A program made the position numbers and the translations under genes. A stretch of DNA of 64,000 nucleotides, taken from assembly GCA_902168115.1 (NCBI GenBank), contig CABHPB010000141.1, forward strand, positions 1-64,000. Direction: 5' to 3'. Under the pieces are notes generated by a model. That model was not told where the DNA came from. It ran no database searches and saw nothing but the letters and a program-made list of their open reading frames with translations. Shown here piece by piece: positions 18,331 through 27,049 of the stretch (position 1 is its first letter; each line of letters opens with the position of its first letter). Source of the DNA: an uncultured Methylopila sp. (GTDB lineage: Bacteria > Pseudomonadota > Alphaproteobacteria > Rhizobiales > Methylopilaceae).

Positions 18331-19335
18331 TCACTCCGCCAGCTGGTAGGTCTCGGCGATCCAGCGGAAGCCGCTCCCGTTTCTCGCGACGAAGCCGAGC
18401 GAGGGGAACGAGGTGTGATAGCCGATGACCGGCAGGCGCTCGGCCGCGGCCATGTCGTAGATCCGCGCCCGCGTCGCCTTTCCCTGATCCTTGTCCATGT
18501 CGAACAGGGCGCTCCATTCCGGATGCGCCAGCGAGGCGACCTCGTGATGCGCGCAGTCGCCCCAGGCGAGCAGCCGCCGCCCGTCGCTCTCGATGTGGAA
18601 GGCCAGATGGCCGGGAGTATGGCCGAAGGCCGCGAGCGCGGTCACGCCCGGCGACGCCTCCTGGCCTGGCTTGAGGAGCGTCGTCCGGTCGGCGAGTGAC
18701 GGGAAGACGCGGGCGAACAGGCGCGCGGATTTCAGCTCGACCGATCCGTCCGCCGCCTTCAGCCGCTCCGGATCGGACCAGAAGGCGTGCTCGACCGCTC
18801 CGATCGCGTAGCGCGCGTTCGGGAAGACCGGCGCGCCGCCCTCCGTGAGACCGCCGATATGGTCGATATGTCCGTGAGTGAGCGCGACGACGTCGATGTC
18901 GCGGGGCTCGTAACCCGCCGCCCGCAGACCCTCGACAAGCCGTCCGCCTGCGGGCCGCGGGATGAACCCGTCCGCGCCGTTGCCGGCGTCGATCAGCGTC
19001 CGGGTCGCGCCGTCGTCGACGACGATCGGGCTGAAGCCCGGCCAGAAGCGCTTCGGCGGCAGGAGGTTGTCCGCCATCAGCCGCTCGACCTCCTCGGCCG
19101 GACGGTCCTCGCCGACGATCGGCCAGGGCCCGTCCACCATCGCGCCGCCGTCGGAGACGATCGTGACCCTCAGCCGTCCGAAGGCGAAGCGGTGAAACGG
19201 AGGCGGCGGCGCCGGCGCAGCCGCCGCTTCCCGCGCCGCGCCGGGCGAGGCTGACGCAACCGACAGAAGCGCGGGCGCCGCGAGCCCCGCAAGAGCCGCG
19301 CGCCGGCTGAGAACCGGTGGATTTTCCGACGCCAT
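18331..19335 (-). CDS. MBL-fold metallo-hydrolase, Tat-secreted.
   Basis: The Tat signal is MASENPPVLSRRAALAGLAAPALL. The HxHxDH motif is ALTHGHIDHIGG. GGGGAGA lies upstream of the ATG at 19335. The rest of the 804-aa track ORF is an upstream antisense extension. Confidence 0.8.
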   Translation of the reverse strand: MASENPPVLSRRAALAGLAAPALLSVASASPGAAREAAAAPAPPPPFHRFAFGRLRVTIVSDGGAMVDGPWPIVGEDRPAEEVERLMADNLLPPKRFWPGFSPIVVDDGATRTLIDAGNGADGFIPRPAGGRLVEGLRAAGYEPRDIDVVALTHGHIDHIGGLTEGGAPVFPNARYAIGAVEHAFWSDPERLKAADGSVELKSARLFARVFPSLADRTTLLKPGQEASPGVTALAAFGHTPGHLAFHIESDGRRLLAWGDCAHHEVASLAHPEWSALFDMDKDQGKATRARIYDMAAAERLPVIGYHTSFPSLGFVARNGSGFRWIAETYQLAE

Positions 19336-19374
19336 CGATATCTTCTCCCCTGCACGAAAGCGGGGAGAGGCTAG

Positions 19375-20163
19375 ATGCCCGGAGCGGCGCAGCGCTTGTA
19401 CGCAGAGGCTGCGGACCTGCGCCCGCTGTGGCGGCTCGACGCCGGCCGGACGCTGTTCGTCGGGCCGCTCGACTACAACGCCCCGCACGAGCATGGCGCG
19501 CCCGTCTTCCTGTCGAGTCTCGGCGCGCCGTTCGGGCTTCGCCTCGACGGCGCCGGCGAGTGGCTGTCCTGCCATGCGGCGATGCTGCCGGCGGGAAAGG
19601 TCCATGAGCTTCAGGTGGGCGGCGAGCCGATCGCGGTGCTCTATGTCGAGCCGACGCTCGCGAGCGCCCACGTCTTCGCGCCGCTCTTCGCCGGCTGCGA
19701 GGAGGTCCGCGGCGCGCTGGTCGGACGCTCGAACGTCGTCTCGCTCATCCGCGCGCTCTACGAGGACCACGCGAGCCTCGGCTGGGCGGACGCGGCCCTC
19801 GACGACTTGCTCGCCTATGGCGGCGCGCGAGCCCGGCGGTCGATCGATCCAAGAATCTTGCGGGTTGCGCGGGCTCTCGCATCCTCGAGCGAACCGGCGG
19901 CGCCGCTCGCCGCCTTCGCGCCGGTCGCGAACCTGTCGGCCTCGCGCCTGCGCCGCCTGTTCGCGGAAGAGATCGGCGCGTCCTTCAGCCGGTACCGCGC
20001 ATGGCTCCGGATGCGCCGCGCGATCGACGCGGTCGTCGCCGGCGCCAATTTCACGGCCGCAGCCCATGACGCCGGCTTCGCCGATCAGGCGCACTTCGCC
20101 CATGACTTCCGAAGGACTTTCGGCGCCCCGGCCTCGCGCAGCCTGACCGGCGTGCGGCGCTGA
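19375..20163 (+). CDS. AraC-family transcriptional regulator.
   Basis: It has a C-terminal double HTH (SASRLRRLFAEEIGASFSRYRAWLRMRRA and FADQAHFAHDFRRTFG). Confidence 0.8.
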   Translation: MPGAAQRLYAEAADLRPLWRLDAGRTLFVGPLDYNAPHEHGAPVFLSSLGAPFGLRLDGAGEWLSCHAAMLPAGKVHELQVGGEPIAVLYVEPTLASAHVFAPLFAGCEEVRGALVGRSNVVSLIRALYEDHASLGWADAALDDLLAYGGARARRSIDPRILRVARALASSSEPAAPLAAFAPVANLSASRLRRLFAEEIGASFSRYRAWLRMRRAIDAVVAGANFTAAAHDAGFADQAHFAHDFRRTFGAPASRSLTGVRR

Positions 20164-20273
20164 AAGCAGGCCCGCCACGCAGGCGGCTTTCAGGCCGACG
20201 CGTGCTCCGTCACGACTTGGGCTCTTGTTGCTGATCGCAAGACGAACGAACACGAGTTCGTGTCCAGCCGCGT

Positions 20274-20291
20274 TTGTCACCCATGCGTCAC
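20274..20291 (+). promoter_or_regulatory. Putative Pho box (PhoB site) upstream of the Na/Pi cotransporter-pstS operon.
   Basis: Two direct repeats TTGTCAC-ccat-GCGTCAC have the 7+4 spacing of the CTGTCAT-N4-CTGTCAT consensus. They lie about 145 nt upstream of the start codon. Confidence 0.4.
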
Positions 20292-20434
20292 GTGCCGGAA
20301 ATAGGCGGTTAACCGTGCAGGCGTGTGGGGGGCGACGCCGGGCCGCCGTGTGGCGGCGCGCGCCGTCCTGTCGCGTCTGTTCGGTCAGCGCGGCGCCCGA
20401 ACGGTTCGGACATCGCCATTCGGAGCGGGGTCCG

Positions 20435-22150
20435 ATGCAACAGGTCGACATCTTCACGCAGATCATCGTGCCGGTGATCGGAGGCTTGGGCATCTTCATG
20501 CTCGGCCTCGAATTCATGTCCAACGGCATCCAGTCGCTGGCGGTGAACAAGATGCGGGCGCTGCTCGCCAAGTTCGCCGGAACGCCCGCCAAGGGCGTCG
20601 TCGCCGGCACCTTCATCACCGGCGTCATCCAATCCTCGACCGCGATGACGGTCATGGTCGTCGGTCTCGTCAACGCCGGCGTCGTCGGCCTTCGCCCCGC
20701 GATCTCGGTGATCATGGGCGCCAACATCGGCACGACGCTCGGCAACGGCCTGATCGCCTTGCCGCTCGGGCCGCTCGGCCTGCTGTTCGCAGGGCTGTTC
20801 GCGCTGCTCTACATCTTCGCCAAGTCCGACCGGGTGAAGAACATCGCACTCGCCTGCATCGGCTTTTCGCTGATCTTCTATGGCCTGAACCTCATGACCG
20901 GCGGCCTGAAGCCGCTGCGCTCCATGCCCGAGATCATGGCCGTGATCTCGTCGCTGAAGGCCGACAGCTACGTCAACCTGCTCTACTGCGTGCTGATCGC
21001 GGCCGGCGTCACCGCCATGATCCACTCGTCCTCGGCGACGATCGGCATCGTGATGGGCCTCGGCGCCGCCGGCATCCTCGACTGGAAGACCGCCGTCGCA
21101 TTCTCGCTCGGCGCCGACCTCGGCACCACGATCACCTCGTGGCTCGCCTCGCTGAACCTGTCGAAGAACGCAAAGCGAGCCGCCTACGCGCACATCTCGT
21201 TCAACATCATCGGCGTGATGGTGACGATACCGCTGTTCTTCGTCTCGATGGACGTTCTGACCTGGGCGATGCAGTGGTTCGGCGGCGATCCGGGCGTGCC
21301 GGTGATCGTGAAGGGCAAGGAGACCTTCCCGCTGGTGCCGGTCGCGATCGGCCTCTACTCGACCTTCTTCAACATCTTCAACGTCATCCTGCTCTACCCC
21401 TTCGTCGGCGTGTTCGAGAGCGTTCTGATGAAGGTCGGCGCCTCCTCGCTGGACGACGTCGAGGATTATTCGGTCCCGAAGCACCTGACCGCCGAGGCCG
21501 CCGCGAAGATCGAGACCGCCGTGCCGAGCGTGCTGCGCGAGAACGAGCGCTATCTCGAGGCCGCAATGAAGTTCCTCGACATCGCGCGCGGCAAGGAGGA
21601 CGCGCCCGAGAAGGTCGAGGAGCACTACGGCCAGATGGACATCCTCAACCGCGAGATCCGGGCCTACACCTCCGGCATGTTCAAGGCCGAGATGCCCTAT
21701 GAGCGCGCCGACCTGGTGGCGAGCCTGATCGAGGAGGAGGATCACACGGCCAGCCTCGGCGAGGCGCTCTACCAGATCGCCCGCCGCGTCGAGCGCCAGC
21801 CGTTCGAGGAGAAAGGCCGCGCGCTGGTCGACGCGATGCTCGACCAGGTCGCCGACGCGCTGCGCGTGGTGGTCGACCCGGCGCAGGCGCGCCGCGAGAA
21901 CCTCTCGGCGGAGGCTGCGCCTCGCGTCGCCGCCCTCGGCGAGCTGCGCGCCGAGGCGCTCAGGCTCAACGGCTCCCTGCCATGGGTCGAGCGCGGCGCG
22001 ATCCTGGCCCTGCTGGGAAGCGCCGAGCGGGCCTACTTCCTGATCGAGCGCATCGACGCCGAGCGCCGCTCGGTCTCCCGCGCCGTCCCGGCCGAGGCGC
22101 AGGCCCCGCGCGAGAGCGGCGGCTTCGGCCTCGCCCCGGTCCCGGCGTGA
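20435..22150 (+). CDS. Na+/phosphate cotransporter family protein (NptA-like with a C-terminal PhoU-like domain).
   Basis: It has the duplicated Na/Pi-cotransporter motifs GANIGTT and GADLGTTIT. The ATG at 20435 follows GGAGCGGGG. The protein is 571 aa. Confidence 0.85.
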   Translation: MQQVDIFTQIIVPVIGGLGIFMLGLEFMSNGIQSLAVNKMRALLAKFAGTPAKGVVAGTFITGVIQSSTAMTVMVVGLVNAGVVGLRPAISVIMGANIGTTLGNGLIALPLGPLGLLFAGLFALLYIFAKSDRVKNIALACIGFSLIFYGLNLMTGGLKPLRSMPEIMAVISSLKADSYVNLLYCVLIAAGVTAMIHSSSATIGIVMGLGAAGILDWKTAVAFSLGADLGTTITSWLASLNLSKNAKRAAYAHISFNIIGVMVTIPLFFVSMDVLTWAMQWFGGDPGVPVIVKGKETFPLVPVAIGLYSTFFNIFNVILLYPFVGVFESVLMKVGASSLDDVEDYSVPKHLTAEAAAKIETAVPSVLRENERYLEAAMKFLDIARGKEDAPEKVEEHYGQMDILNREIRAYTSGMFKAEMPYERADLVASLIEEEDHTASLGEALYQIARRVERQPFEEKGRALVDAMLDQVADALRVVVDPAQARRENLSAEAAPRVAALGELRAEALRLNGSLPWVERGAILALLGSAERAYFLIERIDAERRSVSRAVPAEAQAPRESGGFGLAPVPA

Positions 22151-22172
22151 CGGCGCGAGCGAGGAGAGCGAC

Positions 22173-23282
22173 ATGATCGGCTCCATGCTCGACGGGCGCG
22201 CCGTCAGGGCGGCGCGCATCGCCATCGCGGCTCTCGCCGTGGCGGGCGCGGCGCTCGCGGTCGCGCCCGCCGCCGCCCAGACCGTCTCGGGCTCCGGCTC
22301 CACCTTCGTCCAGCCGCTTCTGAACCGCTGGAACCACGATTTTCTGCGCTCGCAGTGGACGGCGGAATCCCAGCCTTCCGGCGGGCTCGACTACGAGGCC
22401 GTCGGCTCGCAGGCCGGCGTCATGCGCCTCAAGGACCGCGCCGTCGACTTCGGCGCGACCGAAGTCCCCCTGTCGCAGGACGAGCTCAAGCAGTACGGCG
22501 TCGCGCAGTTCCCGGTGGCGATCGGCGGCATCGCAGCAGTCGTTAACCTTCCCGGCGTCCGGCCCGGCGCGCTGAAACTTTCGGGCGAACTCATCGCCGA
22601 CATCTATCTCGGCAAGGTCCGGCGCTGGAGCGACCCGGCGATCAGGGCGGTCAATCCTGACCTCGCGCTGCCCGACGCGGACATCGTCGCGGTCCGCCGC
22701 TCCGACGGGTCGGGCTCGACCTTCGCCTTCACGACCTTCCTGTCGGGCGCCAGCGAAGCCTGGAAGCCGGTGGGCGCGGGCCTCGCCGTCCCCTGGCCGG
22801 CCGGCGTCGCGGCCAAGGGCAATGACGGCGTCGCCGAGACGGTGAGGAAGACCGCCAACGCCATCGGCTATGTCGACCTCGCCACCGCCCGGCGCGCCGG
22901 CCTCGTCGCCGCTTCGCTGAAGAACGCCGCCGGCGCCTTCGTCGCGCCGAGCCCGGAGAGTTTTCAGGCGGCCGCCGAGCGCGCCGACTGGAATGCGGCG
23001 AACGATGCCGGCCTGTCCCTGCTCGACGCACCCGGCGAGGCCGCCTACCCGATCGTGACGACGACCTTCGTCCTCGTCCCGAACGACAGGCCGGCCTCCG
23101 TGCGGACCGCCGCCGCCCTCGACTTCTTCAACTGGGGTTTTGAGCGCGGCGTCGTGCAGGCGGCGAGCCTCGGCTACGTGCCGCTGCCGCCAGCGATGGT
23201 CGCGAAGGTGCGCGAGCACTGGCGCGACACGCTCGGCGCGGCGCCGACGCTGCTGCCGGCGGCGGGTCCCGGCCGGAGCTGA
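22173..23282 (+). CDS. PstS-family periplasmic phosphate-binding protein.
   Basis: It has a signal peptide and the GSGSTF phosphate-binding motifs. AGGAGAG lies upstream of the ATG. It starts 20 nt after the transporter gene ends. Confidence 0.85.
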   Translation: MIGSMLDGRAVRAARIAIAALAVAGAALAVAPAAAQTVSGSGSTFVQPLLNRWNHDFLRSQWTAESQPSGGLDYEAVGSQAGVMRLKDRAVDFGATEVPLSQDELKQYGVAQFPVAIGGIAAVVNLPGVRPGALKLSGELIADIYLGKVRRWSDPAIRAVNPDLALPDADIVAVRRSDGSGSTFAFTTFLSGASEAWKPVGAGLAVPWPAGVAAKGNDGVAETVRKTANAIGYVDLATARRAGLVAASLKNAAGAFVAPSPESFQAAAERADWNAANDAGLSLLDAPGEAAYPIVTTTFVLVPNDRPASVRTAAALDFFNWGFERGVVQAASLGYVPLPPAMVAKVREHWRDTLGAAPTLLPAAGPGRS

Positions 23283-23311
23283 TCCGGCTCGATCGTCCGA
23301 CGTCGAGACAA

Positions 23312-23338
23312 GGCCCCGGACCCGTCCGGGGCCTTTTT
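23312..23338 (+). terminator. Rho-independent terminator after pstS.
   Basis: The stem is ggccccgg-acccgt-ccggggcc, followed by TTTTT. Confidence 0.65.
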
Positions 23339-23450
23339 CGTCGTGCGCCTGCGCCTGACCTGTCGTCCCGACTACGGGTACCTCAATACTGCAACACGAG
23401 TTCTTAAGCCCGCGGTGCGACGATCAGCTGATCAACAACGGGCAGGCGTC

Positions 23451-24497
23451 ATGCCGAAGAGACTCATTTGCGCCTTGCTGGCCGCGCTTTCGGCCGCGGC
23501 GCCGGCTGGGGCGGAAACCCTCAACCTGCTCAACTGGGAAAAGTATGTCGACCAGTCGATCCTCGACGCCTGGACGGCGAAGACCGGGGTCGCGGTGCGG
23601 CAGACCTATTTCGACAGCGGCGACGCGCGCGACGAGATCCTGACCGACCCGCTGAGCAGCGTCGACCTCGTGGTCATCGGCGACAACGGCGCGCGGCTTT
23701 ACGGCCGCCGCGGCGTGCTCGAGACGCTCGACGAGAAGAAAGTCTCGTCTCTGGCCGAGTATCCCGAAGATCTGCGCGGGCGCTGCGGCGGGTACGGCGT
23801 GCCTTATTTCACGGGAACCATGGGCATTCTCTACCGTTCCGACCGGATGAGCGTCGCGCCTACGTCCTGGAACGACCTGATGTCGCCAGCGGACGCCCTG
23901 AAGGGCCACGTCGCGATGTACAACGACCCGACGGAGATGTTCGTCGCCCCGCTGGTCGCGCTCGGCAAGTCGATCAACGCCTCCGACCCCAAGACGCTCA
24001 AGGCCGCGTTCGAGCTGCTGAAGGCGCAGGAGCCGGCGGTCCGGACCTACGACTACATTCTGACCTCGTCGCAGAACCCGACCTATGGCGACGAGATCTA
24101 CATGGCGCTCGGCTACAGCGGCGATCAGTTCGCGCTGAACGACATGCCGAAGTCGAGCGGCGCCTGGAAGTTCGCGTTGCCGCGCGAGGGCTCGCTCTAC
24201 TGGCTCGACTGCATGAGCGTCGTCGCCTCCTCGCCCCAGAAGGCGCTGGCGCTCGACCTCCTGAACCACATCGCCGCCGAGCCGAACGCCCTGATCAACG
24301 CCATGGCCCAGCAGCGCCCGACGCCGAACCTCAAGGCCCTGCCGAAGGTGCCGGAGGACATGCGCAAGAACGAGATGATCTACCCGCCGGCCGACGTGCT
24401 CGCGAAGAGCGAGGCACCGCGCGAGCTCACGCCGGAGGGAATCCAGACCCGAAGGCGGATCATCAGCTCGCTGGTGAACTTCCGTGACGCTCGGTAG
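23451..24497 (+). CDS. PotD/PotF-family periplasmic polyamine-binding protein (NspS-like sensor candidate).
   Basis: It has a signal peptide (MPKRLICALLAALSAAAPAGA) and the spermidine/putrescine-binding fold. Its stop overlaps the downstream GGDEF-EAL gene by 14 nt. Confidence 0.8.
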   Translation: MPKRLICALLAALSAAAPAGAETLNLLNWEKYVDQSILDAWTAKTGVAVRQTYFDSGDARDEILTDPLSSVDLVVIGDNGARLYGRRGVLETLDEKKVSSLAEYPEDLRGRCGGYGVPYFTGTMGILYRSDRMSVAPTSWNDLMSPADALKGHVAMYNDPTEMFVAPLVALGKSINASDPKTLKAAFELLKAQEPAVRTYDYILTSSQNPTYGDEIYMALGYSGDQFALNDMPKSSGAWKFALPREGSLYWLDCMSVVASSPQKALALDLLNHIAAEPNALINAMAQQRPTPNLKALPKVPEDMRKNEMIYPPADVLAKSEAPRELTPEGIQTRRRIISSLVNFRDAR

Positions 24498-26817
24498 ACG
24501 CGCTTTCTTCCTCATCTTCCCGGTGGTCTTCGCCGGCTACGCCATAGCCGCGTGTCTCGTCTACGTTTCGCAGCGCGACAGCCAGCAGCGGCTCGAACAG
24601 GCCCGGCTCAGCCAGCAGCTCGAGCATCTGCGCGTCCTGTTCGAGAGCGACGACGGCGTCGACCGCAGCTTCCTGCACGCGATGACCGGCGGCGGCGCCT
24701 TGCGGAGTTTCCTTCAGGAGACCGACGACGCCTATCGCAGCCACGCGCTCGGCGTGCGCCTGCAGCAGGCGATCGACTCGGTCGCGGGCGACAAGCGCTC
24801 GCTTCTGACCTTCTCGATCATGAACAGCGCGCTCAGCGTCGAGCACTATTTCGAGAACAGCACCGACCCCTTCGCCGAGATCGACCCCGAACAGGTGACG
24901 TTCGCCCGGCGCGTCATGACGGACCGTGGCAAGAGCTCCTGGGCGTTCCTTTCGCCCGAGGGCGGCAGGCCCTGGATCGTCCACGCCGACTTCGTCGATC
25001 CGCTCACCATGAACAGGCCGCTCGCGAGCCGGACCCACGCCGCGGTGCTGCTGATGGCGGCGGTGCGGCCGGAGCGGTTCCTGGCGATGAAGCGGGAGCT
25101 CGAGGCCGAGTACGGAGCGAAGCTCGAGATCGCCGACAAGCGGTTCGCCCCGACCGACGGGCTGTCGGCCTCGACCGAGCTCGCCTCGAGCGCCTTCGCG
25201 CGCATGACGCCCGCCGAAAGCTACTTCGGCGACCGGCTCTGGCCGCTCAAGTTCTGGCTGGCGGTCGGCACGATCGTCGTCAGCCTGCTGTCGATCAGCC
25301 TGCTGATGGCGCTGATCCGGCGCTTCATCACGCGCCCGATCGCGCGGCTCGACCGGCAACTGACCGACGTGCTCGCCGGCGAGCGCGCCTCGATCGCGAT
25401 CGCGGAGGAAGGCGGCGAGATCGGCAGCCTCTCGATCAACATGAAGAACCTGCACGACGACTTCGTGCAGTCGCTGAACGGCATCCAGACCGCGTCCTGG
25501 ACGGACACGCTGACGGGCATCAGCAACCGCGCGCATTTCAACGTTCTGGCCGCCGAAGCGCTGGAGTCCGCGGCCCGGCGCGGCTCGCAGTGCGGCCTGC
25601 TGTTCATCGACGTCGACAACTTCAAGTTCGTCAACGACCGCTTCGGCCACGAGATCGGCGACGGCCTCCTGAGGGAGCTCGCCGGGCGCTTCGCCGAAGT
25701 GGTGACGGACGCGGCCGGCCGCGAGAACGTCGCGCGGACCATCTTCGCGCGGCTTTCGGGCGACGAGTTCGCAGTGCTGGTCGAGAGCGGGGATGCGGCG
25801 GCGACGGCCAAGGAGGTCGCGAGCGAACTGCTCGCCGTCAGCGCCTCAGGCTTCGGCGAGCGCTTCCCGATCGGGGTGAGCATCGGCGTCGCCTCGACGA
25901 CGCAGGAGACCGCCGTCTCGCTCGACGAGCTGCTCGCGGACGCCGACGCTGCGATGTACGAGGCCAAGGCCGCCGGCAAGAACCGCTGGGCCAGCTTCTC
26001 GCGCGAGCTGCTCGAGAAGCGCAGCCGCGAGCGCGCCGTCCGGGACGCCCTGCGCGTCCTCGACCTGGACGAAGAGTTCCGGCTCGTCTTCATGCCGATC
26101 GTGGACGTCGACGGTCGCGTCGTCGCATGCGAGGCGCTGCTGCGCTGGACGTCGCCGACGCTCGGGGACGTCAGGCCGGACGAATTCATCCCCATCGCGG
26201 AGCGCAACGGGCTTTTCGCCGTGATCGACCGGTGGGTGATCGACAGGGCGCTGACGGAGCACGAGCGCCTCGCCGCGCTGTTCGGGGCCGACATCGTCGT
26301 CAGCATCAACGTGTCCTCGGCGGAACTCAGCACCATGTCGCTTCGCGACTATCTGGCGGAGCGCCTGTCGGTCCGCGGCGTCGATCCGGCCCTTGTCGAG
26401 ATCGAACTGACCGAGACCTTCGCCGCCGGCTCCCGCCCGGAGGTTCACCGGAGCGTGCGGGCGCTGCGCGACATCGGCGTCAGGATCGCGATCGACGACT
26501 TCGGCGCCGGCTACACCTCGATCCAGCAGATCACCGAATACTCGGTGGACACGATCAAGCTCGACCGCATCTTCGCCGAGCGTCTCGTCAGCTCCAGCGA
26601 GACGCTGCGCGCCCTGGTCGCGCTCTGCCATGCGCAGGGCATGCGAATCGTCGCCGAGGGCATCGACAGCCCCGAGAAGCAGGCGCTCTTCAGCGAAGTC
26701 GGCTGCGACGGCCTTCAGGGCTTCGGGATCTGCCGGCCGCTCGCGCTCGCGGACCTTGGCGTATGGGCGCTCGCGCGCGTGGTCAGCGCGGCGCGGGAGC
26801 GCAGGCGAGCCGTATGA
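24484..26817 (+). CDS. Membrane-bound GGDEF-EAL protein with a periplasmic sensor domain and HAMP (MbaA-like c-di-GMP phosphodiesterase).
   Basis: It has two TM segments flanking a periplasmic domain of about 230 aa. The GGDEF site is degenerate (RLSGDEFAV). The EAL domain has ACEALLRW plus DDFGAGYTS. The alternative-frame ORF 24552..26840 was rejected. Confidence 0.85.
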   Translation: MTLGRRAFFLIFPVVFAGYAIAACLVYVSQRDSQQRLEQARLSQQLEHLRVLFESDDGVDRSFLHAMTGGGALRSFLQETDDAYRSHALGVRLQQAIDSVAGDKRSLLTFSIMNSALSVEHYFENSTDPFAEIDPEQVTFARRVMTDRGKSSWAFLSPEGGRPWIVHADFVDPLTMNRPLASRTHAAVLLMAAVRPERFLAMKRELEAEYGAKLEIADKRFAPTDGLSASTELASSAFARMTPAESYFGDRLWPLKFWLAVGTIVVSLLSISLLMALIRRFITRPIARLDRQLTDVLAGERASIAIAEEGGEIGSLSINMKNLHDDFVQSLNGIQTASWTDTLTGISNRAHFNVLAAEALESAARRGSQCGLLFIDVDNFKFVNDRFGHEIGDGLLRELAGRFAEVVTDAAGRENVARTIFARLSGDEFAVLVESGDAAATAKEVASELLAVSASGFGERFPIGVSIGVASTTQETAVSLDELLADADAAMYEAKAAGKNRWASFSRELLEKRSRERAVRDALRVLDLDEEFRLVFMPIVDVDGRVVACEALLRWTSPTLGDVRPDEFIPIAERNGLFAVIDRWVIDRALTEHERLAALFGADIVVSINVSSAELSTMSLRDYLAERLSVRGVDPALVEIELTETFAAGSRPEVHRSVRALRDIGVRIAIDDFGAGYTSIQQITEYSVDTIKLDRIFAERLVSSSETLRALVALCHAQGMRIVAEGIDSPEKQALFSEVGCDGLQGFGICRPLALADLGVWALARVVSAARERRRAV

Positions 26818-27049
26818 CGCGGCGGAGAGCGGGCGCGTAGCTACACCCTGAAGCCGGGCCACGCGTTCCGGATCGCGGAACTCCCTGCCCGCTCTAAGAG
26901 TTCCCCACAGGAATCCTGCGCCGGACGCCGCAGCGTCGCGACCTCGTCGCGGACCGGCGGGCCGGGGCTAAAGCTTTTGATTCGTTCGAATTCGTCCCTG
27001 CGCGGCCGAGGGCCGGGACGACGAGGTGCATCCGACGTCGGGGTTGACC

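Noticed and set aside
18331-20745. 804-aa minus ORF.
   Set aside because: Only the C-terminal 334 codons (18331..19335) form the MBL hydrolase, which has a Tat signal and RBS. The remainder is an antisense read-through of the araC-like gene.
20309-22303. 664-aa minus ORF opposite the Na/Pi cotransporter.
   Set aside because: It is an antisense artifact.
24552-26840. 762-aa alternative plus frame over the GGDEF-EAL gene.
   Set aside because: It is Arg/Pro-rich with no domains. The 24484 frame has TM, HAMP, GGDEF and EAL.
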